A stretch of 64,000 nucleotides of DNA from Octopus bimaculoides (taxonomy: Eukaryota). The position numbers and the translations under genes were made by a program. This document shows, in pieces, positions 25,150 to 38,529 of this stretch. The first letter of the stretch is position 1; each line of letters begins with the position of its first letter. The notes beneath the pieces were generated by a model, which searched no databases, was not told the DNA's origin, and worked only from the letters and a program-made list of their open reading frames with translations. The stretch lies in contig NC_068993.1 in NCBI RefSeq assembly GCF_001194135.2, forward strand, positions 17,469,794 to 17,533,793, in the 5' to 3' direction.

Positions 25150-26600
25150 TCAGTATAAGATAAATTGTATGAACTATTAGTAATTATGCAGATTTTATAT
25201 TAAGTACATACGACTTAGTACAAATATGATGTAGTTTTATTATGAAGAAGGTTTAGTTTTTCTCTTTAATGAACATATATTTTGTATCAGATGTAAAATT
25301 TAATATTATAAAGAAATAGTAACCAGAGAAATGTATTATTAATGTATTATTGGAAAAACATAATCTAAAATGAAGGAGGTGATGTGGTGGTGGAGGTTGT
25401 TAGTGTAATTATATATCTGTATTTGTATTACTGTTTTCTGGATAAAGAAAACCATTAATATTATAGGTGATAATTAGAAAGATTGAGAGAGAAATACTGG
25501 CAGGATGTTAAATTAGAAATAAAATTGTACTTGTAAGAACTGTAGAAATGTAAAGCTAGTTCTAATATAATTACAGAGTTATAAATTTAAAGTTAAGTTA
25601 TCTAAAGGTTGAGTCAATAATGGGATAATATGTGTGTGTGTGAATGTGGTGTGTGTGTGTGTGTGTGTGTGTGTGTCATTAAGTACTATTAGGTGTAATG
25701 AAATTATTAGAGTGGTCCCAATTTATATGTGTGTGTGCAGGGATATACATTTATGAATTATTGGGCATATTCTAATATTATGTCCTTTGTTCCAACTAAA
25801 ATAAATAAAAAAGGTAGTTCATTAATTTTTGAAATTTGGTTTCAGGTAGGAGCTAGTGAAGATAGTTGGAAAAGAGGAAAGATATAGTCGGGCTGTGGTG
25901 AAAGTTTGTTATAGAGGCTATGACTTCATCTCTGTAGCATAGGCAATAAATTTGTCAGGAAACGACAAATTTATTGTCATTTCGCAGAGACTAAATGACA
26001 CTAATATTAGAGAAAGTTAAATTTATTATCATTTATTGTATATTGTAGGGAGGTAGGAATAGAATATTATGGTTAACTAAATTTTAAAGTATTTACTTCT
26101 GATTTTGTTGTAATAGTCAGTATTAGTTGGATAGGAGTTTCTTAACAATAGTCAAAAATCATTAGATATGGATGCATAGTATTAATGTTAGAGGAAAGTG
26201 GCATGAAGTAGGTAATAAAATTTTGCAATAATGGGTTGTAGAATAAAGAAAAATGTTTAGATTTATAATTTTGATATAGTTAAGTTCAATGTTGCAGTAA
26301 ACAAAAGTTTTAGTTAGTACAATGAGAGATTATATAAAATATCAAGTATGAAAGTTTGATTTGTAGAATGAGATGGAATAAGATGTTAATATGATAAAGG
26401 GTCATGAGTTGGAACTAGTAGGTGGTGAATGTGGAGGTATTATGTAAAATATTTACTTGTTAGAGTTGTTCAAGAGTTTGAAATTTCAGGAAGTTTCAAA
26501 AATTTTAAATAATCTCTGTGGGTAAGAGAAAATGCATTCAAAGTGATGTTTAAGGAGTGTATCCAAGAGGATATCCAAACTTACCTATGTGCATAGTTGA
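25150..26600 (-). mobile_element. Highly decayed Penelope-like retroelement (tentative)
   Basis: Strong strand compositional skew. Frameshifted minus-strand fragments resemble the GIY-YIG region (LTSTILFLI / SCQYFS; ...QPP...HF). No intact motif. Confidence 0.35.
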
Positions 26601-26606
26601 TGTAGT

Positions 26607-27028
26607 TACTCTTTTTACTCTTTTACTCTTTTACTTGTTTCAGTCTTTTGACTGTGGCCATGCTGGAGCACCGCCTTTAGTCGAGCAAATCAATTCCAGG
26701 ACTTATTCTTTAGAAGCCTAGTACTTATTCTATCGGTATCTTTTGCCGAACCGCTAAGTTACGGGGACATAAACACACCAGCATCGGTTGTCAAGCGATA
26801 TTGGGGGGACAAATACAGACACACAAACACATACACACATACATATATATATACATATATACGACGGGCTTCTTTCAGTTTCCGTCTACCAAATCCACTC
26901 ACAAGGCTTTGGTCGGCCCAAGGCTATAGTAGAAGACACTTGCCCAAGATGCCACGCAGTGGGACTGAACCCGGGACCATGTGGTTGGTAAGCAAGCTAC
27001 TTACCACACACACAGCCACTCCTACGCC
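26607..27028 (-). mobile_element. tRNA-derived SINE family A, full length
   Basis: Complete head (aggcgtaggagtggctgtgtg), body and (AAAAGAGT)n tail. Confidence 0.85.
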
Positions 27029-27264
27029 TCTTTATTTCTAATTTAAAATTTGAGGGAGAAGAATAGCTTTTTTTATGATGTCAAGTTATTATTAGTAATA
27101 TTTTTCATTTAATGAGTTTAAATGATGTTTTGAAGTTACATATTGCTTCTATTATGATTATGAAAAGCCTGAGAATGTTGGTTGTATCATATTTTGAAAG
27201 GATTCTCTCTAAGGTCACTGTATAGCATTAATGAATCATTAGATACTTTAGTAGCTTTGAATAC

Positions 27265-28125
27265 AATATCTTGAAGGGAACTGGCAGAGAAAATGGAATG
27301 CTCCCACACTGCTATAGAGAAGTATCTTCACTTGATGGGAAAGGTTCAGAAGTATGGAGCATGGGTTCCACATGCTTTAAGTGACAACAAAAACCAATGA
27401 GCCACAATCTCCACTGGTTTGCTTGCTCATCACCATTGAATTCATAGACACAAGCAACGATTTCTTTACAGAATTGTTATTGGCGACGAAAAATGGTGCC
27501 TGTACATCAATATGAAGCAGCTTAAGAAATGGCTTAACCCCGGTAAACAAATGACACTGCGTGTGAAACAAGATTTTCATCCGCGTAAAACGATGTTGTG
27601 CGTATGGTGGGACTGGGAAGAGATTATCCATTACAAATTGCTTGAACAGAACCAAACGGTCAATGTAGAACTCTATGTTCAACAGATGGAATGACTCAAC
27701 ATGGCTATTCCAGAGAAAAGACCTAATCAGCAGCATGGAGTTCTGCTGCACAACAATGCCCGCCCTCATATCGCCAATATGACAAAGGAAGCCATTCAAA
27801 TGCATGGCTGGGAAGTGCTGTCACACCTGCCATACTCTCCTGATTTGACACCAACAGATTTCCACCTCTTTCAATCTCTTTCAAATGCTATGCACGGAGT
27901 TTCGTTCAGTACTGATGTAGAATCGAGAGCTTGGTTGGATCAATTTTGCGAGTCAAAATCGGGTGATTTTTACCAACGAGGTATTGAAAATCTTGTTGAA
28001 CATTGGGAAGAAGTTGTAAACAACAAGGGTGAATACATCATTGATTAATTAGTTGTTATTTTTTATTAAACCTTTAAAAAAATTAAAATTTAAAAAAAAC
28101 AGCGGGGACTTAGTTGCCAACCCAA
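27265..28125 (+). mobile_element. mariner (D,D34D) transposon, 5'-truncated pseudogene
   Basis: WVPHAL, RIVIGDEKW, WWDWEEIIHY, LHNNARPH, YSPDLTPTDFHLF, NKGEYIID*; right TIR cggggacttagttgccaacccaa followed by TA; internal stops. Confidence 0.9.
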
Positions 28126-29638
28126 TAGATAGATAAATATATGTATGTGCTCCTTTGTGTATATTAGTGCTCACCCCTATACATTATTACAGCTATTGTC
28201 TTACAATAGTTAATATTTAAACAAAATAAAACTGAGATATAAAAATACAATACAACTGTTTAAATAAAACTATTGTTTTTTATAAAAATAATACTTCATT
28301 TTTGGTTAATTAAAGACATACTCACAAATGCTTAATGAAAATATATTTTGACAATTTAGATGTTATACTTTGAAAGTACACATTCTTTTCCATGTTTTGA
28401 AGAATATTATTTTTGATGGATTGACACTATAATTATATTGAAATGAAAGATTACTTCTGATTTATTTCTTCAATATCAATAAATAATAATAATAATGATA
28501 ATAATATGATGTAACATCACACTGAAATATTTTCAGAACTACAAATTGATGTTATATATTTTAGAAATGCACACACATGCGTGCATGCACACACACACAT
28601 GCGTGCATGCACACACACACACATATACATGTTATCAACGCACGCATGCATGCGCATACTCTCTCTCTTACTTTCTCCTTTTCTCTTTTTGTCCCTCTCT
28701 CTCTTTCTCTTTTGACTTTGTCTTTCTTTCTGTCTGTCTCTCTACCCCCACCTCTACCCTCAGTACCCATCTCTATCTCTTTTCCTATCCTTTTCTCTGT
28801 ATATCTGTAACTGTATCTGTCCTTTCATTCTCTGTATCTATTTATCACTAGGATGTCTGAAATTTCTACCCTTACCCTCTTTCATTTGTAGCATTGCTCT
28901 TCTTCTCATACCTATCTCACATATACACACCTGATTGTATGTATAAATATATATAATATATATATATATATGTATAAATATNNNNNNNNNNNNNNNNNNN
29001 NNNNNNNNNNNNNNNNNNNNNNNNNNNNNNNNNNNNNNNNNNNNNNNNNNNNNNNNNNNNNNNNNNNNNNNNNNNNNNNNNNNNNNNNNNNNNNNNNNNN
29101 NNNNNNNNNNNNNNNNNNNNNNNNNNNNNNNNNNNNNNNNNNNNNNNNNNNNNNNNNNNNNNNNNNNNNNNNNNNNNNNNNNNNNNNNNNNNNNNNNNNN
29201 NNNNNNNNNNNNNNNNNNNNNNNNNNNNNNNNNNNNNNNNNNNNNNNNNNNNNNNNNNNNNNNNNNNNNNNNNNNNNNNNNNNNNNNNNNNNNNNNNNNN
29301 NNNNNNNNNNNNNNNNNNNNNNNNNNNNNNNNNNNNNNNNNNNNNNNNNNNNNNNNNNNNNNNNNNNNNNNNNNNNNNNNNNNNNNNNNNNNNNNNNNNN
29401 NNNNNNNNNNNNNNNNNNNNNNNNNNNNNNNNNNNNNNNNNNNNNNNNNNNNNNNNNNNNNNNNNNNNNNNNNNNNNNNNNNNNNNNNNNNNNNNNNNNN
29501 NNNNNNNNNNNNNNNNNNNNNNNNNNNNNNNNNNNNNNNNNNNNNNNNNNNNNNNNNNNNNNNNNNNNNNNNNNNNNNNNNNNNNNNNNNNNNNNNNNNN
29601 NNNNNNNNNNNNNNNNNNNNNNNNNNNNNNNNNNNNNN

Positions 29639-29758
29639 NATCATCATCGTTTAATGTCCGCTTTCCATGCTAGCATGGGTTGGACGATTTGACTGAGGAC
29701 TGGTGAAACCAGATGGCTACACCAGGCTCCAATCTGATTTGGCAGAGTTTCTACAGCT

Positions 29759-29760
<2 letters not shown>
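29639..29760 (-). mobile_element. RTE 3'-end-related repeat (family B)
   Basis: catcatcgtttaatgtccgctttccatgctagcatgggttggacgatttgactgaggactgg..., nearly identical to 50238-50388. Confidence 0.7.
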
Positions 29761-29792
<32 letters not shown>

Positions 29793-31801
29793 TAATGAAT
29801 TGTATTGTGTAGTGATACACGTGAGGCTGAAAAAGTAATTAAAAAGATCACGAAGAGGAAAATGACCATACAACTATCTTACGGTTACTTACCATATCAA
29901 ACTATAAAAGAACAAAATGCAAAGAAAATTTAGATATGATTTGAACCTTGTTACACGAGGCAGCGCACTATATTCCATTTATAAGCATTTAATCTGGTTC
30001 TCCTTTACATAGCTTTTCCCTCTTTCAACAAAATCCTTATCACTGAGTAACTCATTATATAACTATCTTTCTATAAATATTTAGATACAAATGCTACTGA
30101 TTGTGTTCAACAATACAACTCTCACATACGAAAACAATAAGTACTTTTGAAACAAAGCTGGAGTCTTTTCATTTCTTCTCGCTTATTAACCATTATTTAT
30201 TATGGTGTATAGGATAGCACTAGGATTCATTACACTCACACATGTTTAAATATTGTATATAGTATAGTTGTTGGCAGCACTGATCGGGTGCACCTTTGAT
30301 CAGAGATTTTCCAACTGCAACTATCCCATCTTTCAAAGATGTACATAAGACTGATTATGTACTTCTGTTTCCCAAGAAATTAAGATGTAATTTGAAGGAG
30401 TTACAGCTATTTCTAGTGACCATGTTTAGGTTCCATTATTAGTTTATAAAATATAAAGATTTTTAAGGAAGAAATGAAATGAAGAATGTGATATCCGTGT
30501 TCTTTGTTATATCTGTGGTCTTCCTAACCAACCTTGCCTGGACTTGTGCCTCTTGGAGAACTTTCTAGGTGCATTCCCATGGTCTTTATTCTTTACCTTT
30601 TATATCTGAATTAAAATATGAAATTGAAGAATCAAGTTGGAAGCAATATAAAAATCTATGGGTAATGGATTTTTCGGGTTAGTGAACAAGATCTCTAACT
30701 CTTCTAACTGAACTTATTTTGAGGCTCACTTATTATTCAGTCGGCAAGCAAGTTCCTGCCTTTTAGCTACAAAATATCAAGCAAGTGATTCTAATCTATG
30801 GAAGTTTAGTGTAATTAATGTTTAGTTTAAACTGTGAAAGGTTTGTGGTAGAAATGTAGAAATGGTAATGTGATAGACAAAACAACTTCATCATCATTAT
30901 CATCACCATTTAATATCTATTTTCTTTGCTGGTTTGGGTTGAATGGTTCAACAGGAGCTGGTGAACAGGAGGACTGTGCCAAGCTCCAATGTCTGCTTTG
31001 GTATGGTTTCTACAGCCAGGTGCCCTTCCTAATGCCAATCACTTTACTGGATGCTTTTTATGCTGGCACCAGCACCAATGAAGTCACCAATTAACTTGTA
31101 AGACAAGTACCCCCAAACTGTGGTAGATTTTAGCATTGGAGGAAAAGTCTTTATGCCAGATGATGAGAGTTTAAAGTATGATAGAGGTACAAGAACAGGT
31201 GTCTTGCTGTTAGGGGAGATACATGGTTCCCCAACTGAAAGAGAAAGAAGATAGTGGTGGGGATGTGTCAGGGCATACCCTTGAGTTACAGGAAGGGTAC
31301 AGTTAAGAGAAATGGTACAGCGGATTGAACAGGGTGAGTGGGTAGGTAAGTTTAAGTGAGTATGGAAGGATAGTTATTTGTGGTATGTAAATGATGGCTC
31401 TTTTCATTTTGAGTTCAAATCTTGCCAAAGTTGACTTAATATTTCATTTTTTGGGGGGTGGAGGGCAATAAGATAAATATCAATAATATATCAAGATTAA
31501 TTAACAAATTAAATAATGCCCCCTATTCCTCCACATATAAAAAAAAAACAGATTTCTGGTCATGTGCCAATTTTGAAGTCAACATTCAATTTGGAATGTG
31601 GAAGGAGGTTAGTGATTAGAAAGAAAACATGAACAAGGAGCAAATTCTAACTTGTGGATTGGATAAATATATAATTTAAATTACTGATGTGTTAAATTAC
31701 TTGCTGTTTCCAGGAAGGGTAATTTTCCCCTTAATCAGAAATGTGTTTCACAGAAGATTAGTTTACAAGCATCAAGTGATGCCAATACACAAGCAAACAC
31801 A

Positions 31802-31841
<40 letters not shown>

Positions 31842-32012
31842 CATGCACACACATGACAAGCTTCTTTCAGTTTTTGTATACAAAATCTCCTCACAAAGTT
31901 TCTGTTGACTCAGGGCTATAGTAAAAGACATTCGCCCAAAGTACTGTACAATGAAACTGAACCCAAGACTGCATGGTTGGGAAGCAAACTTCTTAACCAC
32001 ATAGCCACACAA

Positions 32013-32335
32013 GAGCACTCTGTTGGTTACGAGGATGAGGGTCCCAGCTGATACGATCAATGGAACAGCTTGCTCATGAAATCAATGTGTAAGTGGCTGA
32101 GCACTCCACAGACATGGGTATCCTTAATGTAGTTCTCAGGGAGATTCAGCATGACACAGAGTGTGACAAGGCTGGCCCATTGAAATACTGGTACTACTCA
32201 TTTTTGCCAGCTGAGTGGACTGGAGCAACGTGAAATAAAGTGTCTTGCTCAAGGACACAACATCGCCAGGAATTGAACTTATGACCTTATGATTGTGAGC
32301 CAAATGCCCTAATCAGTAGGCCACGCACCTTCACA
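32013..32335 (-). mobile_element. tRNA-derived SINE (head E, tail 2)
   Basis: Head matches 7236 and 13467; tail (gggccagccttgtcacactctgtgtcatgctgaatctccctgagaactac...) matches 62460-62640. Confidence 0.75.
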
Positions 32336-32495
32336 ATAGCCACACATGTGTCTATTATAGTAATCATCATCATCATTTAACGTCTGTTTTCTATGAAGAC
32401 ATGGGTTGGATGTCCATGCTCCACTTGTCTGTTTTGGCATGTTTTCTGTGACTGGATGCCCATCCTAATGCCAACCAGTTTAGACAGTGTTTTAA

Positions 32496-32803
32496 TCTCC
32501 TAGATTGATTGCCTTCACTGCAGCTGAAGAGCTCAATCTAATCTTAGAAAAATGTATTTAACTCATAGATGGGACCCTGACAAGTATTACTGTTCCAGGG
32601 CAGAACAGGCCTGGGAACAACGGTAATTAAGGGATGATTTCACACTTCCTGCAACTCCAGAACTTCCAAACTGGAGCCTCACCACCAGACGCAGTTTAAT
32701 GTCATACCGTCATACCTAGGGCAAACCTTTTGATGATAGGTTTACTCAATCAAAGCTGACTTGAAGCCAAACAACAACAATTCACAACATTATTAATCTT
32801 ATG
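32496..32803. repeat. 308-bp segment duplicated in inverted orientation at 35287-35594
   Basis: Reverse complements with one mismatch seen (ctcttcagc vs ctctttagc); both copies abut N gaps. Confidence 0.85.
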
Positions 32804-33342
32804 CTCNNNNNNNNNNNNNNNNNNNNNNNNNNNNNNNNNNNNNNNNNNNNNNNNNNNNNNNNNNNNNNNNNNNNNNNNNNNNNNNNNNNNNNNNNNNNNN
32901 NNNNNNNNNNNNNNNNNNNNNNNNNNNNNNNNNNNNNNNNNNNNNNNNNNNNNNNNNNNNNNNNNNNNNNNNNNNNNNNNNNNNNNNNNNNNNNNNNNNN
33001 NNNNNNNNNNNNNNNNNNNNNNNNNNNNNNNNNNNNNNNNNNNNNNNNNNNNNNNNNNNNNNNNNNNNNNNNNNNNNNNNNNNNNNNNNNNNNNNNNNNN
33101 NNNNNNNNNNNNNNNNNNNNNNNNNNNNNNNNNNNNNNNNNNNNNNNNNNNNNNNNNNNNNNNNNNNNNNNNNNNNNNNNNNNNNNNNNNNNNNNNNNNN
33201 NNNNNNNNNNNNNNNNNNNNNNNNNNNNNNNNNNNNNNNNNNNNNNNNNNNNNNNNNNNNNNNNNNNNNNNNNNNNNNNNNNNNNNNNNNNNNNNNNNNN
33301 NNNNNNNNNNNNNNNNNNNNNNNNNNNNNNNNNNNNNNNNNN

Positions 33343-33387
<45 letters not shown>

Positions 33388-33711
33388 ACAAGCTTCTTTC
33401 AGTTTTTGTATACAAAATCTCCTCACAAAGCTTCAGTTGGCTCAGGGCTATAGTAAAAGACATTTGCCCAAAGTACTGTACAATGAAACTGAACCCAAGA
33501 CTGCATGGGTGCTTTTTTATGTGTCGCTTGGTCAGGTGCTTTATATGTGGAACCAGCATGGGTGCTTACTATGTAGCACTGTTACAGGAGCTTTTTACAT
33601 GGCTCCGAATGTGTGCTTTTCTATGTGGCACCAACACAGGTCCAGTAAATAAATAATTATATTTCTCTGCAATCAATTAATGAGTTTGTTTTCTACCCTT
33701 TTTCTTTTCAG

Positions 33712-33845
33712 CTTTCTCCAGTTGCATATAAGCCATTTGTGCTTAAGAACATTCAGCAGGTGACAAAAAACAGCTTTTGCTACCGCTTCTGTGCACCCAC
33801 TGAGCATCCTCTTAATATTAATCTGGGGCAGCATGTTATTCTCAG
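33712..33845 (+). CDS. CYB5RL: CYB5RL coding exon 2 (start of FAD-binding domain)
   Basis: Acceptor tttttcttttcAG; LSPVAYKPFVLKNIQQVTKNSFCYRFCAPTEHPLNINLGQHVILR aligns with the cytochrome b5 reductase-type L.P..F..F.......T......RF.........GQH.ILR pattern; donor AG|GTATC; phase 0 to 2. Confidence 0.9.
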
Positions 33846-36079
33846 GTATCTTTAAATTACTATTTTATCATTACCTTTTACACACAAAGTTTAATGAAAG
33901 AAATATTTGTTTTATTATTTTTTTTTCTAAAATATATTGAAGAACTTTTCTTCATAGATATTTCTTGTTATTTTTTAGTTCCAGGTGGAAGGGAGAGGGG
34001 CTGTCTCCATAGTTAAAAAAAAAACCCCTCTAGACAAAATGATAAAAATAATTGATTGAGTTTAGTGTAATCAATATTCACTTTGAAGTGTGTAACTGGA
34101 GGGAAAACATGAGTAAGGAAGAAATTTTAGAAATCTGTTCAGAAATAAAAACAAGAGCAATAGCAGTATTAATATTACCTCTTATATAAGCACAGGGCCA
34201 AGAATTTAGGAGAAGGGGAGAATCAATAAGTCCAGCCTCAGTATATTGATCATGGCAGCACAAAAGGCAAAGTTTGGTGAATAGGAAGGGCATGTAGTCA
34301 TTGAAAAATATTTGCCCCACTGAATTCCATCTGACCCATGCAAGCATGGAGATGTGGACATTAAAAACAATGATGATGATGATGATGATGGTAGTGATAA
34401 ATGTTAATTTTACCTAACTGCATGTTCTTCATGAAGAAGATGACCCCGGGAAATTTAAGCTGTCATTATTGAATATAAACATGGTCTAAAATTAAGTGTT
34501 TTTCTAGCTAGGAATAGCAAAGATGTATGGAAAAAGCTGTCATAGAATCCAAGTGTCTTTCAAAGAAAAAAAACAAAACATTATTGATAGAAAGCCAATC
34601 CACTTCCATCAAAATATATCAGAACTGATGCATGTTTTTTTTTTTAAGTATTCTTCAGAGAATTTTGAATGACTGTTTTAATGATAGGACTTTCCTCTAC
34701 TTCTCTTTCTGGTAAAGATGTAAGAATGTTCTTCCCATCTATTTACAACTGATACATTCAAATGTCACATAAACCACCTGCTATTTTTTGTGATTTATAT
34801 ATTTCCTTTGTCTCAGCTGTCAACACTAGAAATTAATGTGATTTGAAATGAATTGAATTCGTATTTATTATATCTTCACATCTTACCATTTAACAAATCT
34901 TGATGTTCAACATTTGTGAAATATCTAATTTTATTATTGTACTTTGCAATACTATTTGATTATCATAGTTAGCTGTTGAATTTACTCATTATACTTAACT
35001 AATGCAATTAATGAATTTGACTATCAGCTATACAATAAATATACTTAATGACTTTACTTCAAAATTGTATGCATTTTTGTTTCTACTGAAGCATTTTCAT
35101 AACTACATACTATTTAGAAATGTATTCACTTGTAAATGCAATAAATCCTTAGAATAGAAAATAAACTCTCTGCAAACTAAGTNNNNNNNNNNNNNNNNNN
35201 NNNNNNNNNNNNNNNNNNNNNNNNNNNNNNNNNNNNNNNNNNNNNNNNNNNNNNNNNNNNNNNNNNNNNNNNNNNNNNNNNNNNNNCATAAGATTAATAA
35301 TGTTGTGAATTGTTGTTGTTTGGCTTCAAGTCAGCTTTGATTGAGTAAACCTATCATCAAAAGGTTTGCCCTAGGTATGACGGTATGACATTAAACTGCG
35401 TCTGGTGGTGAGGCTCCAGTTTGGAAGTTCTGGAGTTGCAGGAAGTGTGAAATCATCCCTTAATTACCGTTGTTCCCAGGCCTGTTCTGCCCTGGAACAG
35501 TAATACTTGTCAGGGTCCCATCTATGAGTTAAATACATTTTTCTAAGATTAGATTGAGCTCTTTAGCTGCAGTGAAGGCAATCAATCTAGGAGAAGGAAA
35601 TCACCAAAATTAATAACCCTTTCTAACATACTCCAAGCCAGCACAAAAGAGTATGGCTGATAAAATCAACTCGAGATCTGTCTAGCAACTCAGATTGATA
35701 TTATGGAGACAACTATGAGCTCCTGTTAATGTGCATTTTACCACATGCAGAGATAGTAGGGAACGATGATGATCAACATCAAAGGTGTTCCAGTCATGAC
35801 CAGCACAAAGGCTGTTTGTATATCTAGGACTGTAGCTGTTCAGCATGTCCTTTCATTTTTTAAATAGAAGGATGTGATTTTGAGGGAGATTTGCCTGCTA
35901 TTACTTGCAGACTTAGCAGCTGCATATGGGTGGCATTACTGCATTGGACATATAGTTGAGGTAATAAATATTAAGATTAATGGTCAAAGGTTTAAATGGC
36001 CCAACTGACCATGGATTTCAGATATTATAGACGCTTGGTCTTAATACTAACCAAAAAAGAATTTAGTTAGAATTCTGAC

Positions 36080-36330
36080 CATGAGTTAGCATGCCAGTGG
36101 AAAGGATCACAAGACAGATTCTTCAAGCTGAGTCAACTGGCAGGAGACCTAGGAATAGACTACAAGTGAAATGGTTGGACAATATCCATTGTCTCAGTTG
36201 GTTACACTTGGGAGTCCAGCTGGAAAGTGTAATGATGGTGCTTTTTGATAGAATCCTATGGAGGAGATAGCTGAGGATTCTACCTCCATGACCCTCCTAG
36301 GGTTCGTGTTTGTGAAAATGGATGGAGAGA
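36080..36330 (+). mobile_element. LINE ORF2 C-terminal fragment (RTE-like)
   Basis: ERITRQILQAESTGRRPRNRLQVKWLDNI; homologous to 20880-21250. Confidence 0.65.
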
Positions 36331-37191
36331 TGGTCAGAACTGTGTTGGTGTTAGAAGTTTTTAAAAAAGACACCACTGCCCGTCTTCTGGGTTTGATGGA
36401 TGTCATTGCAAGAAAGACTAATTCCAACAATACTACAAGAATATTCTTTTATTCTTTTATTTGTTTCAGTAATTAGACTGTAGTCATGCAAGGGTGCTGC
36501 CCTGAAGGGTTTTAGTCAAACGAATCAACCCCAGTACTTGTTTTTAAGCCTGGTACTTATTCTATCAGTCTGTTTTGTGAAACTGCTAAGATATGGGGGA
36601 CATAAACACACCAACACCGGTTGTCAAGCAGTGGTGACACACATACACACACACACACACACACATGATAGGCCCAGATATTTTCTCAATTTGCTTTAGT
36701 TCTTTTAATCTTTACTGGCCAGAACTGAATATACTTGGCTCTGTGCATGTGCACTTGAGACACAAGAACTGAGTCGGCTTGTTTTTGAACTCTTCACATT
36801 TCATATGATGTAATTTACACATTTTATTTTTTTTTTACTGGCCAGTAGAAAGTGGTTGCAACAACTGATTTGCTTATCATTAGTGTGATTATCACCTGTT
36901 AAAATTCAATCAGCACAATTAATATAAAACTTCAATACCAACATAACTTAGGTACTTCAAAGGTAGATAGTTGAGAAAATTTTGGAAGCAAGTATTAGAA
37001 GTATCCCTTTTTTGCATCACCCACTCAACAGTAGCATTAATATAGTACTTACTTTTCAGTTAAGTCTATAGTTAAGAAAGAAATTAAGACCTATTTAGAA
37101 AATTTTTTAAGACTACAATTTATTATCAATTGTGAAAAAAAGTACTTTATTCTATGAGAAATTTTAACTCACTTTAAAATATTGTTTGAAG

Positions 37192-37279
37192 GGCCACTTT
37201 GCAAGGGGAAGAGCTATTTCGTCAATATACACCAATCAGTGATATGGAAGCACCTGGTTATTTTGATCTTCTTATCAAG
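37192..37279 (+). CDS. CYB5RL: CYB5RL coding exon 3 (RxY(T/S)P FAD-binding motif)
   Basis: Acceptor ttgtttgaAG; 1 nt completes the Arg codon, then ATLQGEELFRQYTPISDMEAPGYFDLLIK; donor AAG|GTGAGT; phase 2 to 0, consistent with exon 2. Confidence 0.9.
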
Positions 37280-37316
37280 GTGAGTTAAATGCTTTTATCA
37301 TCAAAATTGTCTTCTA

Positions 37317-37613
37317 CAAGGTGTCCACAAGGTCTGGGTACATGAAGTAAATAAAATCATAACATAAACAATTAAATATAAGAAATAATAATTTCTTAAA
37401 GTATGCGTTAATCCACATGTGGGTACATGGAGTAAATAAAATCATAGCATAAACAATTAAATATAAGAAATAAGAATTTCTTAAAGTATGTGTTAATCCA
37501 CATGTGGGTACATGGAGTAAATAAAATCATAGCATAAACAATTAAATATAAGAAATAAGAATTTCTTAAAGTATGTGTTAATCCACATGTACCCAGACTT
37601 TGTGGACACCCTG
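37317..37613. mobile_element. Tc1/mariner MITE with three tandem 85-bp internal units
   Basis: TIRs caaggtgtccacaaggtctgggtacatg / catgtacccagactttgtggacaccctg with TA flanks; units start at 37336, 37421 and 37506. Confidence 0.85.
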
Positions 37614-38529
37614 TACATCACATTTGTCACCTTTGATGTATAATTTATTGCTGTATTAACTTTTCTACATAACCTTTGATAACCTCTGTTACATGACCTT
37701 TGCCATACAACTTTCCTCTACACATCATCATTGCTATACAATCTTTACTCTGCATCAACCGCTTTTGCAACATTGCTTTTGCCATACATTGGCAAGTGAC
37801 ATTGCAAACACATCTACCTGTCAGTGTATTCAATGTACACCTGTCAGCTTACTGGAGAAACCACAATATTGAAATGACCATTAACTATGTAGATGAATGT
37901 CATATCCTCGTCATTGTCGTCGTCGTCATCGTTTCCCATACTTGTATGGATTGGACAGAATTCGTTGAGGCAAATTTTTTATGGTGAGATGCCCTTCCTC
38001 TTGCCAACCCTTAGCTGTTTCTGAGTAAGGTAATATTTTCATGTGGCTGGTCATGATTTCATGGAAGGTTGCAAACGAAGGACACTGTTTGTATGATGGT
38101 GACACTCATTTACAACAATCATGCTATGTCAGGAGAAAGAGACACACACACACACACACACACACACACANNNNNNNNNNNNNNNNNNNNNNNNNNNNNN
38201 NNNNNNNNNNNNNNNNNNNNNNNNNNNNNNNNNNNNNNNNNNNNNNNNNNNNNNNNNNNNNNNNNNNNNNNNNNNNNNNNNNNNNNNNNNNNNNNNNNNN
38301 NNNNNNNNNNNNNNNNNNNNNNNNNNNNNNNNNNNNNNNNNNNNNNNNNNNNNNNNNNNNNNNNNNNNNNNNNNNNNNNNNNNNNNNNNNNNNNNNNNNN
38401 NNNNNNNNNNNNNNNNNNNNNNNNNNNNNNNNNNNNNNNNNNNNNNNNNNNNNNNNNNNNNNNNNNNNNNNNNNNNNNNNNNNNNNNNNNNNNNNNNNNN
38501 NNNNNNNNNNNNNNNNNNNNNNNNNGTTC

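Noticed and set aside
37336-37590. CRISPR-like array
   Set aside because: Units are contiguous 85-bp duplicates with no unique spacers, inside a MITE in eukaryotic DNA with no cas genes.
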